Positions 58,059 through 64,000 of a stretch of 64,000 bases of DNA are shown piece after piece (within the stretch, counting starts at the first letter, position 1; every line of letters begins with the position of its first letter). The position numbers and the translations under genes were made by a program. The notes beneath the pieces were generated by a model. It was not told the DNA's origin. It saw nothing but the letters and a program-made list of their open reading frames with translations, and did no database searches. Origin of the DNA: Nitrospira sp. (lineage in GTDB: Bacteria > Nitrospirota > Nitrospiria > Nitrospirales > Nitrospiraceae); assembly GCA_047150005.1 (NCBI GenBank), contig AP038806.1:1337176-1401175 (forward strand). Reading direction: 5' to 3'.

Positions 58059-58274
58059 TCACCGCCGCTTCCACCGGAAGGGTCCATGAGACAGCGGACC
58101 GTCGGTTGCCGCGTCTCGGTCACAGGCACGGGACGCCCGCCATCGGGCCTGGACTTCATCGCGGTGTATCTTGCAAATGCCGTGTGTTTCCCGCACATCA
58201 TCGAAGGGGGGCTTCTCCCCCACCACGTCGCTGTTCTTTCCCTCGTACCGGCACCAGGAACACACGACCTTCAT
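58059..58274 (-). CDS. Small hypothetical protein with a putative metal-binding CxxC...HxxCxxH motif
   Basis: MKVVCSWCRYEGK...THGICKIH. The start at ATG 58274 is a judgement call. Confidence 0.6.
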   Translation of the reverse strand: MKVVCSWCRYEGKNSDVVGEKPPFDDVRETHGICKIHRDEVQARWRASRACDRDAATDGPLSHGPFRWKRR

Positions 58275-58534
58275 ACTCAGCGCCTTCTTCAGATCCTGTC
58301 TGTAGATAACGCAAGATTCGGACCGATGCCCAGTGTGCCCGAGGAGAGCGGTATTTCCTAAATAAATCGCAAACCCGCGTGTGGAGACCATCACCATCCG
58401 ACTGAATCAAAAATGAATCGCCTGTGGATCGAAGTCGCCATTTTTTTGGCATCCTCGACCACATTCGAGCTGGGATCGAGGTCGTCGGCTTCCTTGACCG
58501 GTTCTCGCCGACCATGATAGGTTGCGCCCCCGTC

Positions 58535-59818
58535 ATGAAGACCACGCGCTCAGCCAAACTCTTCGAACGGGCCAACCAGCTCATCCCAGGCGGCGTCAAC
58601 AGCCCGGTGCGGGCCTTTCGCTCGGTCGGAGGCCAACCCCGTTTCATCAGCCGGGCGAAGGGTTCACGTCTCTACGACGTCGACGGTAACGCCTACATCG
58701 ACTACGTACTGTCCTGGGGTCCGATGATCCTCGGGCACGCGGCGCCTTCGGTGGTCACAGCACTCAGGAAGGCGGCCGGGCGCGGCACGAGTTTCGGCGC
58801 GCCGACCGAGTTGGAGGTCACGCTGGCCGCGATGATCCAGGAGGCGTTCCCCTCCATGGAAAAGATCCGGCTGGTAAGTTCCGGCACCGAGGCGGTGATG
58901 AGCGCGATTCGGGTCGCGCGCGGATTCACCAAGCGCGACACGATCCTGAAATTTGAAGGCTGCTACCACGGCCACAGTGACTATCTGCTTGCGAAAGCCG
59001 GGTCCGGCCTTGCCACGTTGGGCATCCCGGATTCGCCCGGCGTCCCGGAAGACTTCGCCAAACATACCCTCACCGCCCCTTATAACGACATCGGCGCGGT
59101 CCGCCGCCTGGTCGACGAACATCGCGGCCGCCTCGCCTGCATCATTCTGGAGCCGATTGCCGGCAACATGGGCGTGGTGCCTCCGGCTCCGGACTTCCTA
59201 ACCGAGCTGCGGAAACTGACGCTCGAGCACGACATGCTGCTGATTTTTGACGAAGTGATCACGGGATTTCGGGTCGCCTACGGCGGCGCACAGAACCTCT
59301 ATGGGGTGACGCCCGACTTGACGGTGCTGGGTAAGATCATCGGCGGAGGACTGCCGGTCGGCGCCTACGGCGGCAGGCGGGAAATCATGGATCTCATCGC
59401 GCCCTCTGGGCCGGTCTATCAAGCCGGGACTTTGTCGGGAAATCCGCTGGCCGTGACAGCCGGGATCGCCACGCTCACCAAACTCAAGGGCCGTGGCGTC
59501 TATGCCGGGCTCGAAGCGCGGGCCGCGACGTTCGCGAAAGAGTTGGGCGCTGCGGCCAAGAAGGCGGGCATCCCGCTCACGCAGACGCGGGTGGGCTCCA
59601 TGCTGACTTCGTTCTTCACCTCAGGTCCGGTAACCGATTGGACGACGGTCAAGCGATCGGATACGCAGCGATATGGCCGGTTCTTCCACACGATGCTCGA
59701 ACAGGGGATCTACCTGGCACCTTCCCAGTTCGAAGCCGCGTTTCTCTCCACCGCCCATTCCTTGGCAGACATCGACAAGACGCTCCGCGCCGCATACGCG
59801 GCCTTTAAAACACTGTAA
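58535..59818 (+). CDS. hemL: Glutamate-1-semialdehyde 2,1-aminomutase
   Basis: [42 protein letters not shown] (PLP Lys) and [10 protein letters not shown]. Confidence 0.98.
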   Translation: MKTTRSAKLFERANQLIPGGVNSPVRAFRSVGGQPRFISRAKGSRLYDVDGNAYIDYVLSWGPMILGHAAPSVVTALRKAAGRGTSFGAPTELEVTLAAMIQEAFPSMEKIRLVSSGTEAVMSAIRVARGFTKRDTILKFEGCYHGHSDYLLAKAGSGLATLGIPDSPGVPEDFAKHTLTAPYNDIGAVRRLVDEHRGRLACIILEPIAGNMGVVPPAPDFLTELRKLTLEHDMLLIFDEVITGFRVAYGGAQNLYGVTPDLTVLGKIIGGGLPVGAYGGRREIMDLIAPSGPVYQAGTLSGNPLAVTAGIATLTKLKGRGVYAGLEARAATFAKELGAAAKKAGIPLTQTRVGSMLTSFFTSGPVTDWTTVKRSDTQRYGRFFHTMLEQGIYLAPSQFEAAFLSTAHSLADIDKTLRAAYAAFKTL

Positions 59819-59820
59819 TT

Positions 59821-59927
59821 CGTTGCTCGTGAAGCGTCGCTCGTATCTCGTTAGATACAAGCCGACCGGTTCCAATACAGAAATCTTCTCTCCTTTGCGC
59901 TTCACGAGATACGCATCACGATTCACG
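59821..59927. repeat. Heptamer-built inverted-repeat element (copy A, empty)
   Basis: Left arm CGTTGCT CGTGAAG CGTCGCT CGTATCT; right arm CTTCACG AGATACG CATCACG ATTCACG. Perfect 10-bp stem CGTATCTCGT/ACGAGATACG. Confidence 0.8.
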
Positions 59928-59931
59928 TTAC

Positions 59932-60162
59932 TTATTCGTCGTCCTCGTCGTCCGCATCCATGGCCTCCTGACGTTTCTGCTCTTCCATGGCATTGTGCAG
60001 GAGCATGCGGATAAACATTGAATACAATGAGCCTTTTTCCAGAGTCCCGCCCGGAGGGATTGCAATCTTGCCCTCCTTAATCATCTTATCCATCCATACC
60101 TTCTGATCCGGTGCGATCAGAATGGGAATCTCAACGAGTCCGACTCGGCCGAACATTTCCAT
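59932..60162 (-). CDS. Small hypothetical protein with an acidic tail
   Basis: 76-aa ORF with a GGAGG SD and protein-like composition. Confidence 0.8.
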   Translation of the reverse strand: MEMFGRVGLVEIPILIAPDQKVWMDKMIKEGKIAIPPGGTLEKGSLYSMFIRMLLHNAMEEQKRQEAMDADDEDDE

Positions 60163-60173
60163 GACTCAACCTC

Positions 60174-60254
60174 CGTGAAGCGTCGTTCGTATCTCGTATC
60201 TCGCAGGAGAATGAAGGGCATCGTAGAGATACGCTTCACGAGCTACAAGATACG
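60174..60254. repeat. Heptamer-built inverted-repeat element (copy B, empty)
   Basis: Left arm CGTGAAG CGTCGTT CGTATCT CGTATCT; right arm AGATACG CTTCACG AGCTACA AGATACG. Confidence 0.8.
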
Positions 60255-60330
60255 CTGCCATTCCAGCACGCGGTTTTCTCGAATGTCAACCGCACCGCTA
60301 TGGCATGGACTGTGCGTGCCGGTCAGTATC

Positions 60331-60675
60331 ATGGCTCACGCTCGAACCACGTTCGGCACGCTCATTGCCGTGGGGTTGATCCTCGCCGTTCCCCATCAGG
60401 GACCGGCGCAACCATCGACCGCGCCGCCTTCATCCCTCTCCTCCACACCGCTGGCTGCTGAGCCGACGGAATCGGACCTTCACCCGTCTTGCGACCTTTG
60501 CAGAAAACCGGAACGACGGTCGGGAAGCGATCTGCGACCGCACCGACTCAAGCGAGACAAGGGGCTGCATCCTCGAAAGCAATCGAGCGGCAGACACTCG
60601 TCGCCGGAGCAAGCCATGAAATCGACCTTGCCGCGCCGAACGATCACTTCGAATGACGAGGTGAGGCAGGAATAG
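60331..60675 (+). CDS. Exported hypothetical protein with CxxC
   Basis: Signal peptide MAHARTTFGTLIAVGLILAVPHQGPA, SCDLCRKP and a basic tail. Confidence 0.6.
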   Translation: MAHARTTFGTLIAVGLILAVPHQGPAQPSTAPPSSLSSTPLAAEPTESDLHPSCDLCRKPERRSGSDLRPHRLKRDKGLHPRKQSSGRHSSPEQAMKSTLPRRTITSNDEVRQE

Positions 60676-60894
60676 GCTACGGGCCAGGTGGATAGGCCGC
60701 CCGGGTGGCGAAGTTCTCTGGAACGGATCAGGTTGACACTTTCCTGTATTTCACGGAGAATCCGGAAAATTTTGCGCGGTTCGGGATGAGGAACCACACG
60801 TCCTTCCGAAAACAGCGGCTAACCGAGGACGATAGCGCCGCGCCAGTCCTGGCCAACTAGATTCGGGGAAAGTGAAGGTTGCAGGATCCACTCA

Positions 60895-61725
60895 ATGGGC
60901 CCTTTACTCTTAACTTTTCCGCTCGTCCTGCTGCTTTGCACGGATGCGCCTGCGCAGGCGACTGAGCTTCCGTTGTTTGACGCCCACATCCACTACAATC
61001 ACGACGTCTGGGAGTCGATCCCGTCGAGAGAAGCGATCGCGCGATTGCGTAACGCCGGAGTCAGGCGCGCGCTCGTTTCGAGTTCCAGCGACGAGGGCAC
61101 GCAGAAATTGCTGGCGGAAGCGCGCGACCTGATCATTCCGGAGTTAAGACCGTACCGTCGGAACGGCGAAACCGGCAGCTGGTTTCTCGATGAGTCGGTG
61201 GTTGAGTACCTCCGGAAGCGCCTGAGCCTGCACTCCTACGTTGCGATTGGAGAGTTTCACGTGAGCGGCGAGAATGCTGATCTTCCGGTTGTCCGAGCTA
61301 TCGTGCAACTCGCGAAGGACCACCGTCTGATGTTGCACGCGCATTCCGATGCCGACGCAGTGGAACGCCTGTTCCGGCAGGATCCTGGTGCTCGTATTCT
61401 CTGGGCCCACGGAGGTTATGAGAAGGCTCCGAGGATACGGGAGATGCTGCACCGCTACAAGAACTTGTGGGTCGAGCTCTCGTCCCGCGACGATCTGGTC
61501 CTGAACGGCCGGCTTGCGACAGACTGGCGGACCGTCCTGCTGGAGTTTTCCGATCGCTTCATGGTCGGCACCGATACCCACACACCGGATCGCTGGAACA
61601 GCATCGGCTCGAACGCGGACTCGGTTCGGGCCTGGCTGGCCGAGTTGCCCACGGAGGTCGCCGAGCGCATCGCCTACAAGAACGGCGAGGCTTGGCTCAA
61701 GGCCGGATTCTCCGATCGGCGCTGA
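60895..61725 (+). CDS. Exported amidohydrolase / TatD-like TIM-barrel metallohydrolase
   Basis: FDAHIHY, IGEFH, LHAHSD, WAHGG and MVGTD motifs, plus a signal peptide. Confidence 0.88.
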   Translation: MGPLLLTFPLVLLLCTDAPAQATELPLFDAHIHYNHDVWESIPSREAIARLRNAGVRRALVSSSSDEGTQKLLAEARDLIIPELRPYRRNGETGSWFLDESVVEYLRKRLSLHSYVAIGEFHVSGENADLPVVRAIVQLAKDHRLMLHAHSDADAVERLFRQDPGARILWAHGGYEKAPRIREMLHRYKNLWVELSSRDDLVLNGRLATDWRTVLLEFSDRFMVGTDTHTPDRWNSIGSNADSVRAWLAELPTEVAERIAYKNGEAWLKAGFSDRR

Positions 61726-61764
61726 CGCGGATAGGTGGCTCCTGTCTTGATGAGCGTCCCGCGA

Positions 61765-61872
61765 TTACTTCTTTTTCTTGTCGGAGGGATTTTCCGAGAA
61801 CAGCAGCCAACCGAGCACGACGAAGCCGATCACCACACCCCCAATGGCCAGCCAGGTCCCGATTTTGTCCAT
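61765..61872 (-). CDS. 35-aa single-pass membrane peptide (not in ORF track)
   Basis: Hand translation MDKIGTWLAIGGVVIGFVVLGWLLFSENPSDKKKK*. The ATG overlaps the thioesterase stop (TGATG). Confidence 0.75.
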   Translation of the reverse strand: MDKIGTWLAIGGVVIGFVVLGWLLFSENPSDKKKK

Positions 61873-62273
61873 CAGCTGTTCCCTTTCGCGTCGGACTGTA
61901 GCGCGGCCACAATCACCTTGTCGAGACGCGTCACCTTACCATTGCCGTTGGTGGCAGCCAGTCTGGCGGAGCCTTCCACCACGACGCGCCCGCTTTCTTT
62001 GTCCTTGATCACATGTGCAAAGGTCAACGAAGCGGCGCTGAGATCATGGACGGCCGTCTCGATGACCAACGTCTCTCCATAGCGAGCCGGTGAACGGTAG
62101 TCCACTTCCGCATGCACAACGACAAACACGGTGCCTTCGCTCATCAACTTCGCCACCGACAACCCGCGTTCCTCAAGATACTGCGTCCGCGCCCGTTCGA
62201 AATACTTGAGATAGTTCGCGTAGTAGACGACGCCCCCGCAATCGGTGTCTTCGTAATAAATGCGGATGTCCAT
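61872..62273 (-). CDS. ybgC: YbgC/FadM family acyl-CoA thioesterase
   Basis: IYYEDTDCGGVVYYANYLKYFERART hotdog-fold signature. Confidence 0.9.
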   Translation of the reverse strand: MDIRIYYEDTDCGGVVYYANYLKYFERARTQYLEERGLSVAKLMSEGTVFVVVHAEVDYRSPARYGETLVIETAVHDLSAASLTFAHVIKDKESGRVVVEGSARLAATNGNGKVTRLDKVIVAALQSDAKGNS

Positions 62274-62274
62274 T

Positions 62275-62720
62275 CGTATCTCGTCGTTCGTGAAGCGTAT
62301 CTCGCTAGAGCCGTTTGATCAGGTTCCTCAGCATTCTGGACTCGTGGTCGAGCTGTTCCAGCACCGTGTCCCGATCGCCGATCGACAGAAATCCTAAATC
62401 GTGGGCCACCTCAACTTGTGTTTCGAGTTCCGCACAGGAACCCAACGCGACATAGCGGAGCTGTCGATATTCTGCGTTATGCTTTCTGTTAAATCCTTCC
62501 GCGATATTTGAAGGAATCGACACAACCGCACGACGCATCTGCGAGACAAGTCCGTACATTTCTTCTTTCGGGAAACTCTTCGTCACTCGATAGACGGCGA
62601 GAACGATCTCCTTACCTAATCTCCATACTTCGAGCTCGCGAAAATTTCTGATCTTCATATTTCTCGCCCGCGTATCCGGCTCTCTGCTTGCGCTTCACGC
62701 TTCACGAGATACGCTTCACG
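62275..62720. mobile_element. Heptamer-IR-bounded cassette carrying the four-helix-bundle gene (copy C)
   Basis: Perfect 16-bp inverted repeats CGTGAAGCGTATCTCG (62289-62304) and CGAGATACGCTTCACG (62705-62720), embedded in further heptamer units. Mobility is inferred. Confidence 0.6.
62305..62658 (-). CDS. Four-helix-bundle protein (TIGR02436 / 23S rRNA-IVP-like, bAvd-like)
   Basis: FRELEVW, FPKEEMYGLVSQMRRAVVSIPSNIAEG, ALGSCAELETQ signature. Confidence 0.95.
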   Translation of the reverse strand: MKIRNFRELEVWRLGKEIVLAVYRVTKSFPKEEMYGLVSQMRRAVVSIPSNIAEGFNRKHNAEYRQLRYVALGSCAELETQVEVAHDLGFLSIGDRDTVLEQLDHESRMLRNLIKRL

Positions 62721-63975
62721 GTAGATGTAGCTTTGGAAATTGAGGTAGAGATGACTCGGTCACGCTCGCCATTCTGACGACCACGTCGTACAGCTGCTGC
62801 ACCCGCTCGGCCTTCACCGGTTCGAATCCATGACCCAGAATCCCATGGTTCGCCGCATCGAGTAGGGGTTTCATGGTGGGCCACTCCCGCAGAAAGGATT
62901 GTCCCAATTGATCGCCCAGTCCGGCCAGTGCACGGAACTGGGCCTGTAGCGGCAGCCGGTACTTGCCGTCGATGTCGTCCATATGACAGAGGCGACAGGT
63001 TTCCTGAAGGACCTGGGGCAACTGATCAGGCCGCACGTCCCACGTCTTGATCCCATGCGCTGTAAAGAGGCGGCGTTGCGCCATGGCTTCCAGCGCCCTG
63101 ACCAGTGCTCGCATCGCCGCCTCCGGATCGTTCGTCACACGCAATCGACGTCCCGCATGGGCGAGGAGATCGACCGCGACCAATTCTTTGACTTCCGAGG
63201 GGTCGAGCACGAGCTTCTCGAGAAACCCCGAATTGGCTTTGATCGCCGGCAGGCATGCCTTCACTTCCGCCGGGCCGCCGAACAGGGTCGCCATCTCCAG
63301 CGCCTTGATCGAGGATTTCAACTTCTCCCAGGCTTGACGATGCTGAAACCGTTCCCACAAATCATAGCCGTCGGCCACGTCGACGAGCGCGCGATACAGC
63401 GGTTTCAGCCCCCCGCTCACGCGATGCTCGACCTGGCGAAAGATCGCGGCGGCCGCCGCCAACGCGCCGCGATTGAACAGGGCACATCCTTCTCGCCTCG
63501 TGCCTCTGGCAGCCTCGTCCCAGGGATTGGCCTGGACCCATTGCCACTCGATCCCGTCGAGCGTGACCGTCTCTCCGTCACGCCCTTCTTGCGCGCCGAT
63601 GACGGATACCACGCGGGACGCATGCGGCATGGCCGCCAGCGTCAACCCCGCCGCCATCGCCGCCGTGGCGCCCGATAGATCCACCACGAGCGCTCCCGAT
63701 TCGATTCCCCAGGTTTCGAGCAGTGTCGGCAACGATCGGGCGATCGTCACGTAACAGGCCGGGAAACTCTCGACATCGGGCACGACGATCCAGTCCCAGC
63801 GTCGTGGGATCTGGGACAGCTTGGGTTGCAGATCGTGTTCGACCAACGGTTTCGCCGATTCGGGAAGGACGAAGCAGGCGGCGTCGGGTCGCAAGCGGTT
63901 GAGGGAATAGACCGCACCCGCGACCTCCTTCGTCAGCGCCACGACCAAGGCTTGAACCGGCTGTTCTTGTGCCAT
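62716..63975 (-). CDS. TIGR02710-like CARF-domain protein with a degenerate HEPN-like C-terminus
   Basis: YSLNRLRPD, VVDLSGATAAMAAG, VQANPW, FNRG, YDLWERFQH, DLLAHAGRR, RALEAMAQRRL and NHGILGHGF follow the TIGR02710 motif order. The family call is from recognition, not a search. Confidence 0.75.
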   Translation of the reverse strand: MAQEQPVQALVVALTKEVAGAVYSLNRLRPDAACFVLPESAKPLVEHDLQPKLSQIPRRWDWIVVPDVESFPACYVTIARSLPTLLETWGIESGALVVDLSGATAAMAAGLTLAAMPHASRVVSVIGAQEGRDGETVTLDGIEWQWVQANPWDEAARGTRREGCALFNRGALAAAAAIFRQVEHRVSGGLKPLYRALVDVADGYDLWERFQHRQAWEKLKSSIKALEMATLFGGPAEVKACLPAIKANSGFLEKLVLDPSEVKELVAVDLLAHAGRRLRVTNDPEAAMRALVRALEAMAQRRLFTAHGIKTWDVRPDQLPQVLQETCRLCHMDDIDGKYRLPLQAQFRALAGLGDQLGQSFLREWPTMKPLLDAANHGILGHGFEPVKAERVQQLYDVVVRMASVTESSLPQFPKLHLP

Positions 63976-64000
63976 CGCGCGCGGACTATAGCATCGGTCC

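Noticed and set aside
60301-60316. sigma54-like site TGGCATGGACTGTGCG
   Set aside because: The GG-N10-GC spacing fits, but the -12 element deviates (GTGC) and the site is only 14 nt from the proposed ATG. Support is insufficient.
60480-60797. Minus-strand 105-aa ORF
   Set aside because: It overlaps the better-supported plus-strand exported protein and has no motif or clear SD.
59821-62720. CRISPR array interpretation of the heptamer repeats
   Set aside because: The units are 7-nt degenerate tandems in inverted arms, with no constant 23-47-nt repeats separated by unique spacers.

Overview
GC-rich bacterial chromosome segment. The gene content and order suggest Nitrospira/Nitrospirota; this is an inference and no search was run. 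The conserved backbone includes tRNA-His, pyrF, rpsT, holA, lptE, leuS, der, aat, a complete kdpFABC-kdpDE locus, an M16 peptidase pair, gph, pyk and hemL. The main accessory region is a lower-GC block (about 9.9-17.6 kb) at the 3' end of tRNA-His. It carries a co-oriented OLD-family ATPase/TOPRIM nuclease, SbcD and SbcC, preceded by a secreted S1/P1 nuclease. This is the best candidate for an undescribed defence or DNA-processing system. Other notable items: (1) a dispersed family of heptamer-built inverted-repeat elements, one enclosing a four-helix-bundle gene between perfect 16-bp IRs and one translated inside a signal peptide; (2) a MITE with a CTAG target duplication; (3) a histidine-phosphatase/phosphofructokinase reading frame interrupted by one in-frame TAG; (4) a 1314-aa TPR/membrane protein with a sigma54-type promoter, divergent from a shortened secretin; (5) head-to-head paralogous porins and a 26-aa peptide at the kdp locus; (6) a barnase/barstar-type pair; (7) an orphan CARF protein with degenerate motifs. 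Several small ORFs missing from the ORF track were read by hand. No CRISPR array, rRNA or integrase was seen. GC values are rough hand counts of a few 60-nt lines.
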